From assembly GCA_951406725.2 (NCBI GenBank), contig OX597833.1:57970001-58034000 (forward strand): a stretch of DNA of 64,000 bases, written 5' to 3'. A model generated the notes under the pieces. It did no database searches, was not told where the DNA came from, and saw nothing but the letters and a program-made list of their open reading frames with translations. The DNA comes from Octopus vulgaris (lineage: Eukaryota). The translations under genes and the position numbers were made by a program. Shown here piece by piece: positions 12,219 through 24,444 of this stretch (position 1 is the stretch's first letter; the number at the start of each line of letters is the position of its first letter).

Positions 12219-13318
12219 TAAGTATAGAAAACAATTAAATTTTGAAAAAATTAAATGAAAAGTACTTTAAAAGAATGTTTGCATAGTATTCAAATACAAG
12301 GGACATTTTCCGTGTTTCTGCCTGTCTCTGTCTCTCTTGTTTACTCTTGGGGGTTCGCGGTCATTGTGAATTCTTGGCAAAGAAGAAGAAGAAGAAGAAG
12401 AAGAAGAAGAAGAAGAAGAAGAAGGAGAAGAAGAAGAGAAGAAGAAGAAGAAGAAGAAGAAGAAGAAGAAGAAGGAGGAGGAGGAGGAGGAAATAATGTG
12501 GGAGTGCTATGATAGTAGTAGGATGTTAAATGGCGTTGTGCCCAGTAAGTGGATTGTTGTGGATGGTAGTTGTGATTGAATCCTTGTGATATCTCTTTTG
12601 AATGTATTGTTTATAATATTTTCGTAGGTGTTATTCTAAACAGCAGTAGTAGTAAAGTAAGGAAGGAGGTGGCGGAGAGGAACAAGAAGAAGAAAGAGAC
12701 AGAATAATAAGAGAATGCAGGTTGTTAGGATAGTAGTAGGATGTTAAAATTGTCAAGTGATCACTTTTAGGTCACTTGACCATTCAACATCCTACTACTA
12801 TCATAGCACTCCCGCATTATTTTCCTCTTTAAGTTAAAACGTTTTAATAAATAACTAATGTGGTTTGGTTAGTGGAATGTTTACATGTTTTTATGGGAAG
12901 TGCAGGGAAGTAACGAGGGTCTGATGATAAGTTTATATGTATTTTCTCTGTGATGTTTATTACATCGATTTCTTTTATGCCCCTTTAACTGAAAGTTACA
13001 ACACTTCCACGTATGGCTACCCTGTTGAAAGACTTTGCTGCCTCAGTTGTTTGCTTGTGTCCCAGAAAAGAGGCAAACAATTTACAAGGGCCAAATATGC
13101 CATTCAGTTCTTTAGTGCTTTCATATGAAATAGTATTAAAGTTCATCATCAAGACCTGTCACCGATGTTAAGTTACATCTGATGTAGAACTACCACAACA
13201 GCAGTAACTCTTAGATAGGACATTGCCAAAATGCAGACACATGAAATGATCTGCACACTAATGAACACGAACTAATATAGTCTGCAAAGGAAACTAAAAC
13301 TATTCATCTCTCTCTCTC

Positions 13319-13396
<78 letters not shown>

Positions 13397-14028
13397 CATT
13401 GCCATTTAAATTGAGGAAAACTTTTAAAATCTTTTGAAATTTCTGGCTTCATGTTTCCTGATAGTAAAATGTCGTCCTAACTTAGGTTATCGATCTTCAA
13501 TGATTTACTTGGTGTCTTTTGTTTAAATTAGTAATTTTTGATTGTTACTTATAGAATTCCAATATTCCAACGATGTTTCAGTATAATGCAAAAGTTTCGA
13601 GTTTTACATCATCCCAATATGTAGTCACGATTATCAAATGGATCTTTCAAGCAAAAGTATATCTCTAGATTCATTCTAATATTTTCTGCCACTTCTTCAC
13701 TGTTTGGGGATGTTAAAATATGTCAAAATGAAAGTTAGTTATGACGTCATCCTTTGAATGCTCTGACGTCATTTCAACGTTGGTTTCAGGGCCACATCCA
13801 TAACAAAGGCAGTAATATTTCCTGTAGAATTCTTTGCTACATTCAGCTTGTGTTTCAAAGAAAGGAGTAGTCTAAATTTATATGATTTTAAAAATTTAAC
13901 AGTAGATAAACGTGTTTGGTATTACTTCAGAAAACGTGAGATATATAACAATGAATTTCAAAATATTGTTGAGTATTATCAATAAAGAAAGTAATAAGGA
14001 AAGTATATTTATGAACACAATCTATCTT

Positions 14029-15510
14029 TTATAATTCACTCTTGTGAAGTATATTTTGGAACGCTTTGTCATTGGCAAGGTCTTCTACTGAGTGAATGAA
14101 TTCCAAAATAAATTTTTTGTATTCAGTATTTCCATTTCCATACTTATATAAATCAAGTACTATTTCCTTTATCTCCCAAATTTCTATCAGGTCTTTGTTG
14201 AAAGGAAGACATTGTACAGCAGATTTAAGAGCCAGAACAAACCTATTCATTCCAGAACGTCTTAATTGATCTTTTTCTTCTTCATCATTTTTTCCATCTG
14301 CTTCTTCAAAACATAATCTTCCAAACAAAATGTTAAAATTAACATCTTGCATTATATTATCTGCTTTAAATCTTTCACAATACTTCCTGGCATTGTCATA
14401 TTCTTTCAAAGAGATATATAATAAAATGATATCAAAGAGAGTAACTGAACATTCATGAGAAAGTTCAAGAGATTGTTCAAAGTGATATTCAGCTTTGTTG
14501 ATTAACTCATTCCTTTCTCTATGAGGAATACTTCGAACATGATATAAAACTTTCGCAAATACATTCGTTTCTTTTGAGAATTGTTTGTTCATTGGGACAT
14601 ATGTATATGTTGGTGTATACATTCTTAGATAAATTGATCCAAGCCGATGATGAGAATATGATGTTGCTGTTATTTCAATTGCTTTTTCAAACAATTCTCT
14701 TCCTTGTTCAAGCTGATTTGAACGTATATAATGATAGGCACTTTTCTCCAAAACATAGCGGTCATCAGGGGAAATATGAAGAGCTCTCTGAAAATACACT
14801 TCACATGGTTGACTGCGAAGAAGACAAGGAGTATGTTTAAACAAACCTATCAATGCTAATGTTCTACCCATTAGGGCCTTATCAATATGGTGTGGAAAAG
14901 CACATCGTATTTTCTCTAAGTACTGTATTGATTCCTTAATATTTTCACGCATTTTCTCTTGATCCATGGTCTTTCTTAAACAACGATATTGCAACAAAGC
15001 AATAGAAAACATACACAGATAATCGTCTGGACAAACGTTGAGAGACTCTTTGTAAAGTTCGATAGCTCTTTCATGATCTTTAAAAGATATAGTAGCTAAA
15101 CAATAAGCAACATTTCTTTTGCCTTCTGCTTCTATCAGCGAGAAATTTTCTCTTTCTTCAAGCTTGCTTAGATTATCCAAAAGGTTTCTTACCTCAGGGA
15201 TATTTCCATTGTACAAATGAATGAATGCAAGGTTGGTTAATGCCACCAGGTTATCTGGCTTCTTTTCTCGAACTTCATTGGCTAATTTTTCAGCTGAAAA
15301 TTTATCGTTCATCTGCCACAGAATATATACTAGGACGTTCTTTTGACGAATCTCATCTTCTAAACCAAATGAGATATCATTACTTAACGAATTTTCTACT
15401 TTTTTAGAGAGAGACGACCAAACGTCTTTGGTTTTCTCAAAACTTTCTTCCATTACATTTGGAAATCTTTTAATTCTCTCCCTATACGATTCTCTTCTAC
15501 TTCCTTCATC
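14029..15510 (-). CDS. Terminal coding exon (493 aa) of a TPR-repeat protein, IFIT/TTC22-like
   Basis: Open 1.48-kb frame after a polypyrimidine TTTCAG| acceptor; TPR-like helices such as NLVALTNLAFIHLYNG, ERAIELYKESLNVCPDD, YFQRALHISPDDRYVL, ELFEKAIEITATSYSHHRLGSIY, KAEYHFEQSLEL. Confidence 0.85.
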   Translation of the reverse strand, partial: DEGSRRESYRERIKRFPNVMEESFEKTKDVWSSLSKKVENSLSNDISFGLEDEIRQKNVLVYILWQMNDKFSAEKLANEVREKKPDNLVALTNLAFIHLYNGNIPEVRNLLDNLSKLEERENFSLIEAEGKRNVAYCLATISFKDHERAIELYKESLNVCPDDYLCMFSIALLQYRCLRKTMDQEKMRENIKESIQYLEKIRCAFPHHIDKALMGRTLALIGLFKHTPCLLRSQPCEVYFQRALHISPDDRYVLEKSAYHYIRSNQLEQGRELFEKAIEITATSYSHHRLGSIYLRMYTPTYTYVPMNKQFSKETNVFAKVLYHVRSIPHRERNELINKAEYHFEQSLELSHECSVTLFDIILLYISLKEYDNARKYCERFKADNIMQDVNFNILFGRLCFEEADGKNDEEEKDQLRRSGMNRFVLALKSAVQCLPFNKDLIEIWEIKEIVLDLYKYGNGNTEYKKFILEFIHSVEDLANDKAFQNILHKSEL

Positions 15511-15757
15511 CTGAAATAAAAACAAAAAGATTGCGTATGAAATATGATATCACACATTATCATTGACAAAAAAATATTCTCCAATTTTCGATTTTTAGTT
15601 AATGAAACAATGTCAAACCTTCCTAGTCTGATACGGTTGATGTAGTGGCTGAGCATTTTGGATTCGAATGTTCGATGTTTTGAATATACGCACAGAAAAC
15701 TGAGCGTAAATACGTGAGAGAACAATGTAAGGGGTGTGTTTGACAGAGTGATAAATG

Positions 15758-15791
<34 letters not shown>

Positions 15792-15899
15792 GTCAACATC
15801 AACAACAACAACAATATGAAGGACAGGCTGTTGCAGATCACTTATAATATGTAATATAATATGATATAACACTCTCTCACACACACATACACACACGCG

Positions 15900-17129
15900 C
15901 AAAAATAATGGAAACACCTAGCATCATAACATCATAATTTTGAGATATTTATAAAACCGTCAAAACGTTTTTTGATTTATTATTAGTGTTGCTTAATATG
16001 TTTTGCTAAAATTGCTTTTTCTTTTCAGATTTCATCAAAATAAGGTAATTAAAATTCATTAAGATGACAGATCTATCGGAGTTTCAAAGCGGTCAAATTG
16101 TTGGTGCTCGTATAGCAGGCGCTAGCGTAACGAAAACAGCTGAAATGTTTGGTGTATCAAGAAGTCTCGAAAGTAATGACAGCCTTTGAGAAAGAGGAAA
16201 AAAACCTCCTCGTTGAAACAAAACTCCAGAAGAAAACCAAAACTTCCAGATAGGGACCGTTGGATTCTTATGCGAATTATTAGAAAGAATCACAAAAGTA
16301 CAGCTCCCTAAATTACTGTAGAGCTTAATGACCACCTCGAGAACCCGGTTTCCACAAGAACAGTTCGCCGGGAGCTACAAAAGGCAGGATTTCAAGGGAG
16401 GGCTACAGTCAAGAAAACCACTACTTTCAAAAACAAACGTTGCAAAGCGTTTAGAGTGGAGTAAAAATCTACAGAATTGGTCCCCAGAGCAGTGGATGAA
16501 TGTTATTTTCTCGGACGAGTCATCCTTTACCTTTTTTCCGACCACGAGTGTACTTGTGGAGTCAGCCGAAAGAAGCATTTGACCCAGACTGCTTTCTTCT
16601 ATTAAACATGGAAGAGGATCTGCAATGATGAGCTTTGGGGGCTATATCTTGGAAATCCGCTGGCCCAATGAATTTCCTTCATGGCAGAATTAATAGACAT
16701 GACTATTTAAGCATTTTATCTAATCAAATTCATCCAGTGGTTGCAGAACTGTTTCCGGAGCGAAATGCAATTTTTCAGAATGATAATGCACAAATTCACA
16801 CAGCTAAAGTTGTTACTGAATGGTACGAGGAACATTTTAGTGAGGTTGAACATCTTATATGGCCACCACAGTCCCCAGGTCTCAATATTATTAAACACTT
16901 ATTGTGCATTTTAGAAAAATAAGGAAGGAGCCGATATCCTCCACTATCATCACTACAAGAACTGGAGACTATTTGAACAAAAATTCCTTTGGAAAGAATT
17001 CAAACTTTGTACAAGTCCATATCTTGTAGAATTCAACTTGTAATTACAGCCAAATATCAAAATTACTGCCATATCAAAATAAAGTTGTTTGAAATGTTAA
17101 TGTGTTTCCATTATATTGTCCAACCCCTG
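15900..17129 (+). mobile_element. Tc1 copy 2 (intronic, decayed)
   Basis: Near-identical to 66-1298; right TIR ends CAACCCCTG|TA. Confidence 0.9.
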
Positions 17130-19001
17130 TATAGGCTGAAACTGAAATCGCCGCACATTGAAACCGAACCCAGTAGCACAGGGTTGAGAAACAACTTTTA
17201 TACCTCACAACTACGTTTATAAGTATATAACACACACATATACACGCACACATACACTCGCACCTACACATTTATATATATTCATATATACATACATGTG
17301 TGTGTGTGTGTGCGCGCGTCTCCGAAAAGCAGCGAAATTATATATTTCTGTACAATTAATCTCTCTCTATATAAAGCTGAAGTTGTCTGTGTATGGAAGG
17401 TTTGGTAGCCTTCAACTAACACTATCTCCTCCGAGACCCTGCGGCAAAAGTTGACCAAAATTGAGAGTATGATAGAAGAAGGCTTGCTCTTCCTTCCGTA
17501 GAAGAAAAAATTCAAATCGGAGCATGTTAACAACAACAATTATTTACATGAAAAAGGTGTTTTTTTTCTATGAAAATCCTTATTTTTGACGATTTTTTTG
17601 ACTGCTCTGTCGCCACTTCTCGGTGTTTTTCAAACGGAAAAATGTTCACTTAAAGAGAATAACAAGCTACATAATGCAAAATTTTAACTTTTCGAAAATT
17701 CCAATTCTAAAGGATCGAAAGAAATCCGAGCAACGCCGGGTTATACTGCCAGTCTTCTATAAAATTGCATCACTATACTAAAAACTTAGATGTATAAACG
17801 CTGCACTCAATTTTAATACAGAGAAAAGGAATTTTACAATTTTATTTCAAGGGAACTAACTCAGTTAAACACACGTTTATATTGTCTCCCGTGTTTTATT
17901 AATCATGGCAACCTTTCCTTAACTATCATACACAAACCATAAAAGATTTATTCCACTTCGATGTTCATGTTTTTTTTTCTCTCACGAAAACACGACAGAA
18001 AATGAATCTTTTTGATTGCTGTTGTAGCGGTCATACGACTTTAGCAGCAGCTTGGGATCTTTTCGGTTTGAACGGCAGTTTTTTTAGCGGCGTCATATGA
18101 AATTGTCACCCATAATTATGACCCTAGTATCGATCTATTGCATTTCAATCTCTTTTAGGGTTAGGGTTAGTTAGGGTCAGGGTTAAGGGTGGGGGAAGGG
18201 TATCTTTTTTTCTTCACAAATGTAAATTACCCCAATCTGTTTCTTAAACGAGGGATATATTCATACGGCACACAATGCTTTTTAATTCAGTAGACGTCAC
18301 TGATTGGTTGAAATTGCAGAAATTGAAGAAAAAAACAACAAATATCTTACAAACTATAGAATTTTCTCAATAAAGCCAAGAGAAAAAGATGTTTTATAAA
18401 CACATTCTACCAGTATACGAAGTTTAAAACTTTTTAGTTACCTAGATATTATTTTAAAAACTGCCGTTCAAACCGAAAAGATCCCAGGGAGTTTTTGACC
18501 TCTAATTGCTTGGGTAATTGCTTGGATAATATCAGGTTATCAAATTTATCATAGGTTCGAAAAGAAATTGGATCGGTTATTTAGAAAATTTGAAACTTTT
18601 CTATTGTGGAAACATTCTACGTAAGAAGTATTTCTCAAGTTGACAATGGATTAGATTGAAGACATTCTGTGTGTCTGTCTGTGACGGTTTGTGTGTGCGT
18701 CTCTGACTTTGAGTGTGTGTGTTTGTGTGTGTATGAGTGTGTATGTGTGTGAGTGTATACACACACACGCGCGCGCATACACACACACGCACACACACAC
18801 ACAAACAGAGACGCACACGCATACAGTCACAGGCACATATACACACTCATACACACACAAACACATACTCAAACACACACACACACACGCAGAGTCAGAG
18901 ACGCACACGCATACAGTCAGACACAGTCACTGACACGTACACACTCGATCGGACGTGCGCACACAAAAATACTCACACACATACACACTCATACACACAC
19001 A

Positions 19002-19046
<45 letters not shown>

Positions 19047-19109
19047 AGAGTCAGAGACGCACACACAAACCGTCACAGACATGTATATACATGTATATAC
19101 ATGTATATT

Positions 19110-19402
19110 CTATGATTAAATGTTCGAGATATGAAATGTTATGTGGATGACCTTGCCTTTGTTTGTTCTGTAACCATAGTTTCTATATGTGACCACGTGA
19201 GTACCGCTGGCGATTTTTTTCTTCCGTCTTCCCTTCTCGGGATCTTTCCTTCTCCTATGTTTCCGACGAAGAGCTCCGCTCGAAAGGTTAAACCCTCCTT
19301 CTTCCCTTCTTTCCTGAGCGTCCAATAATACTTTATTTGTTCCACGTCCTCGCGTTGTTGTGTGTTTTTACATTTTTTTGTGTTTTCTTGTTTGGATTAA
19401 CT
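19110..19402 (+). mobile_element. Penelope pLTR-like repeat with hammerhead-like core
   Basis: CCGACGA-A-GAGC-TCC-GCTC-GAAA at 19263-19285; same family at ~61590-61780; mirror at ~34488-34780. Confidence 0.4.
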
Positions 19403-19419
19403 ATCATCATCATCATCAT

Positions 19420-19597
19420 CGTCGTTTAACGTCCGTTCTCCATGCTAGCATGGGTTGGACGGTTCGACCGGGGTTCTGGGAAGCCAGAAGGCTGCACCAG
19501 GCTCCAGTCTAATCTGGCAATGTTTCTACAGCTGGATGCCCTTCCTAACGCCAACCACTCCGTGAGTGTAGTGGGTGCTTTTTACGTGCCACCTGCA
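19420..19597 (-). mobile_element. SINE 3' part with RTE-like tail
   Basis: On its own strand GTTGGCGTTAGGAAGGGCATCCAGC ... CCAACCCATGCTAGCATGG..GGACGTTAAAC(GAT)n. Also at ~34292-34487, 48960-49380, 54000-54215, 60445-60716, 61232-61541, 63645-63890. Confidence 0.75.
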
Positions 19598-19598
19598 C

Positions 19599-19637
<39 letters not shown>

Positions 19638-19655
19638 CATATACGTGCCACCTGC

Positions 19656-19733
<78 letters not shown>

Positions 19734-20029
19734 CAACATTAATAGTGAAAGCTTTAGGGTGTGATCCACTGAGATCTGTAAAAACATGCTTCTCAGAGAA
19801 CAGTCATGGTAAAGCAAGAACGCCAATCAGTTTGTTGTTTTTATTCTGACACAGAAGCTTGATAAGCCACAGTTAGTGCTTTTGACTAATTGAAGGTTAT
19901 ATTACTTTACTATATTTTACTAATTGTACTGAGTTCTTTTTCACTCATTTCATACAACTAATGTGTGTGTGTGTGTGTGTGTTTCTCATTGAAGCTACAA
20001 AACGTCACAAACTGAGGTTCATGAAACCA

Positions 20030-20066
<37 letters not shown>

Positions 20067-20485
20067 GGAGGTGGGGAGGAGAGAGATAAATATATTGTTT
20101 AAAAGTTTAACTAATTGTGTAATTGGCCAGGAATGTCAGCAGCAATGTGCGTTCTATAATAGTTCTATAATAGTTCTATAATATATATATATATATATGT
20201 ACATACATTACAACATGTTTTGGCATAGTTTTTAATTAACAAATTCACTCACAAGGCATTGGTCCACCTGAGTCCATAGTAGAAGACACTTTGCCCAAGG
20301 GCTTGCCCAGTGGGATTGAACCAGGAACAATGTGGCTGTTAAGTGAATTTCTTAACCACACAGCCATGCTTATATATCTGTATATACACACATACTCACA
20401 ATTATGCATGGACACATATACATATGTATATACTATATATTGTATTTATATATATAAGACTCTGCATGTGTGTGTGGGGAGAGAG

Positions 20486-20531
<46 letters not shown>

Positions 20532-20943
20532 GATTGGTAGATAGGAAGATAGATAAGCAGATAAATATATAGACAGACAGACAGATTAAGTATGTAGACA
20601 TATGTCTTTATAAAATAAAGAAAAATAGATATATGGCTATATTTGTAATATATTGTATTCTATATATATATATGAATATATATATTTATGCGTGTATGTG
20701 TGTGTAATGTGGCGGTAGAAGTGTATTTTAGCTGAGCAATATACAAGGATACTATCAATGCGTATACAAACTCTCTCTCACACACACACACACATTTGTA
20801 TATGTGTGTGCATGTTCATATGTATACGCCACATTAAATTTGCGCTTGAAACGTAAGTGTATGCATGTATGTTTTTATATATATATATATATTCATTTGA
20901 TTGTCTCTGTAAGTGTATAAATATATATGTATTCGTATATATA

Positions 20944-20980
<37 letters not shown>

Positions 20981-21051
20981 TCATACATACATATATATAC
21001 ACGGGTTATATAAAAGTCTCTAAATTTACACTACATGAGTATAAGTGAATA

Positions 21052-22452
21052 TCAAAAGATATTTTCCGTATCCAACGCCCTCAACAACTCTGTGCCATTA
21101 AGCAGACGATCGCCCGACCAGACTGGAGCATTCACTTCACAGTCAGTCTGCGTGAGGTGTGGGAGCCACTTGGAGGCTGCAGCCAAGTCTGTGGTGAATG
21201 TATACGGCCTCATTAAATTCTGGTGTTTAGGAATTTTGGCTCTGAATTTCAGATTGTTGTTCTGCATCGCAGAAACGTATGCTGGTGACATAGGAAGAGA
21301 TTCAGTGGCCATGCTGTTGCTGCCATTCCTTTGCAGGGATAGTTTATCGCCATTGGAAACCAGAAGATGATCGTCATTATCATTGTACTCAAAGTGGTCG
21401 CCTGTTTTTGCGTCACGAGGGGAGTCAGTGGCACAGCTATTGACGGAGAATGTTCTTTTAGCAACAAGTTGCCAAACATTCTCCTCCTCATTGCTGTCAT
21501 TAGTAGTAGTAGTAGTAGTGTTAGTAGTAGTAGTAGTAGTAGTGGTGGTCGGTGATGGTGGTGTGCCTTCATGTGAATTTGAAACCCTATTCAGCTGTCC
21601 AGCAGGAATGAGATCAACACCGAACAGTGTTCGGATATCAAAGGATGAACTTGATGACCTGGCATCAGGCAAGGCATTAGAAAGGCCAGTCGTGTTGTTG
21701 ACTGCGCTGGTGCCCTCAGCTGAATTTGAACCCTTGGTCATCGTGTTTGACAGTGCCTGATCGTTTTGTCCTCCAGGGAGGTGATCCACACCAAACAGTG
21801 CTCGGCAGTCATCAAAGAGAAATGATGACATACGACGAGTACTACTACTACTGCTACTATTACTACTACTACTGGTGGCAGCGACCCTGGTGGGATTCTC
21901 AACAGAATGAGATACATCAAAGCTGGGGTTCCCTTTTGCTTGGGGAAGCCTCTCACCATACAGGGCTTGGATGTCATTGGAGGAGTCTGATTGTAGAGAA
22001 TTAGGCAAGAGGCAGCCCCCGACCGTGGGGATAAGAGTGCTCTTAACTGGATTTCAAACTCTGGTGGCAGCATTCAGTTCCCTCTGATCCAGCTGACCAA
22101 CTCCAACAAGGTCTTCACCAAACAGCGCTCGCTTATCGTAGGGTGGGCTCGGACTCCGTTGTACCATGGGAGAAGTAATGTTGGTTGTGGTGCCCTTCAT
22201 AGAATTTGAAACTCTGATGTTGTTGTTGCTGCACGAACTGGTGGTAATGACAAAACTGGGACCAGTTAATGTAGGGGACGTGACTGTTGTGTTGAGGGCC
22301 CACCACCATGCCCAATCCTGCTCTTCAGGTTGATTGGTTGACATGGAAGAACCATTGTTGTTGCCATGGGGATTCGCTGCTGTGATGGCCGTGTTGACAC
22401 TGATTGGGTTCTGGGTGGTTTGTCTTCTGCCTGTGAAAAACGAGTTGTCCAA
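21052..22452 (-). pseudogene. ~466-codon S/T/N-rich reading frame with a repeated DxRxLFGxDL motif and one in-frame TGA; unknown family
   Basis: ORFs 22054-22452 and 21052-22008 share a frame (starts 444 nt apart) and are separated by a single stop; GC-richer island between microsatellites; no clear ATG start. Confidence 0.55.
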
Positions 22453-22920
22453 TTTGGGGAGGGATTCTGCTATATATATATAACTATATATATATATATA
22501 TATATAAAATTAATTGTTATCGCCATATTAATATGGCATTCTTATAGATATAAGAATAATCGCTGCCGCAGGTGTCGCCACTGACGTCTCTGTTCGAAGG
22601 TTTCTATTTACCTAGTTTTAGTAGATTATATCCACTTGTTTTCAATAATAGAAATATTAAAATTACTAAGTCTCTATAAAAGAGATTACGGCACCGTTTA
22701 CTGGAAATTAATTGTTATCGCCATATTAATATGGCATTCTTATAGATGTAAGAATAATCGCTGCCGCTGGTCAGCTCCATGAGGCCACCGCCATCAAGAT
22801 AGCTATTGATACACGATCTGTATCCATTATAACCTTCGGTGAGCTAGCAGAAACGTTTGCTTGCCGAGCGTTTCTCTGTCCTTGTTTGTCCCCTCTGTGT
22901 TTAGCCCCTTGTGGGTAGTA

Positions 22921-22995
<75 letters not shown>

Positions 22996-23364
22996 ATACG
23001 CGTACACAAACATGTATACTTACATACATAAAACAAAACATACAAATATGCACGCGTATATATATATACATACAATAATGCCATCTTGTAATACCAGTGT
23101 AGGAGCCTTGATCTAGGTTAGGAACAAAATCTTTCTCTATTGGCAAGACATATTGCAATAAAACTGAATAATGGCATACATACGTATGTACGTATATACC
23201 TATACACATACACTTACAAACACACATGTACATATATGCATACATGCATACATACATACATACATACATACATACATACATACATACATACATACATACA
23301 TACATACATACATACATACATACATACATACATTTACGCACACATTCTGCAAGAAAAGGTATTA

Positions 23365-23776
23365 GGCGCAGGAGTGACTGTGTTAGGTAAGTAGCTTGTT
23401 TACCAACCACATGCTTCCGGGTTCAGTCCCACTGCGTGGCACCTTAGCGAGTGTCTTCTACTATAGCCTCGGGCCGACCAAAGCCTTGTGAGTGGATTTG
23501 GTAGACGGAAACTGAAAGAAGCCCGTCGTATATATGTATATATGTGTATATGTGTGTGTGTGTATGTTTGTGTGTCCGTGTTTTCCACCCTAGCATTGCT
23601 TGACAACCGATGCTGGTGTGTTTATGTCCCCGTTACTTAGCGGTTCGGCAAAAGAGACCTATGGAATAAGTACTGGGCTTACAAAAGAATAAGTCCCGGG
23701 GTCGAGTTGCTCGATTAAAGGCGGTGCTCTAACATGGCTGCGGTCAAATGACTGAAACAAGTAAAAGAGTAAAAGA
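23365..23776 (+). mobile_element. tRNA-derived CORE-type SINE
   Basis: Same head, CORE and tail as 4256-4620. Further copies at ~24924-25338, 30115-30520(-), 47910-48310(-), 48419-48833, 49521-49787, 54627-54995, 56960-57350, 59505-60153(-), 62875-63214. Confidence 0.8.
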
Positions 23777-23829
23777 GAGAGTATAGGGTGTACATTTGTT
23801 CATGCGAGTGTATATATTGATATACTCAC

Positions 23830-23880
23830 CTGTAGAATTTCCTGCAATTTCCCAGTTATTTTCTGCATTTCTTCAGCCAT
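23830..23880 (-). CDS. First coding exon (MAEEMQKITGKLQEILQ) of the TPR gene
   Basis: ATG at 23880, 17 codons, canonical CAG|GTGAGT donor in phase 0, matching the phase-0 acceptor at 15510; implies an 8.3-kb intron and a 510-aa protein; present in all three copies. Confidence 0.7.
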
Positions 23881-24057
23881 TCCTTTATAGCTGTGTGTGT
23901 ATAAAAAGGCAAATTTTCTTTGGACAACAAAATTTGTACGTTTTCTTTTTGTGAAATTATGCTTTCTGTTATATTCGTGAAATGAAGAAAGGTCAAGTTG
24001 TAGAAATGATATAATGAATAATAACAGTCACTATCTATATCCAATCTCTATCCAAGC

Positions 24058-24444
24058 TTCTCAGAAGGGTAAATATATGGCAACGAATATTATATACAGA
24101 GAGAGTGTCACTTTTTGTAAGTGTTCCTTTCTGGAAACCAGGTCCTATAGGAATGCTGGAAGTTGTGAAGGGATTAATAAAGTAAAATAGTCGAGATTGA
24201 AGAAGTAAAATAATTCAGAAATAATAAATCTGTTTTGGGAGTCTCAGAAAATAATAACAACGCCCGTTAATGTCACCAACTAAATGAGTAAAAGTGAAAG
24301 AATTCTCTGAAAACACGTCACATCCGGATTGACCTTCCCGAATTCTGGTGAATCGGAATTACGTGTCAAAAGTGAAAGTAATACATCGCTCTATTGTTAT
24401 GTCAGATACTTTCACTTTAATATTGAAACAATTAAAATGAAACT
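24058..24444 (-). promoter_or_regulatory. IRF-element/GAS motif cluster upstream of the TPR gene
   Basis: AAAAGTGAAAG 24290-24300, AAAAGTGAAAGT 24368-24379, ACTTTCACTTT 24408-24418; TTCTCAGAA 24058-24066, TTCTCTGAA 24303-24311. Confidence 0.5.

Noticed and set aside
12913-13150. Mariner 5' end (ACGAGGGTCTGATGATAAGT) or hammerhead
   Set aside because: No matching second TIR, no clear transposase motifs and no GAAA/stem partner; too decayed to call.
15511-15525. ORF-track start MFLFQ for the TPR protein
   Set aside because: It is a non-ATG start lying in the polypyrimidine tract and acceptor; a spliced upstream exon fits better.
22054-22056. Selenocysteine readthrough of the in-frame TGA
   Set aside because: The equivalent repeat position is Ser, not Cys, and no SECIS element was recognised.
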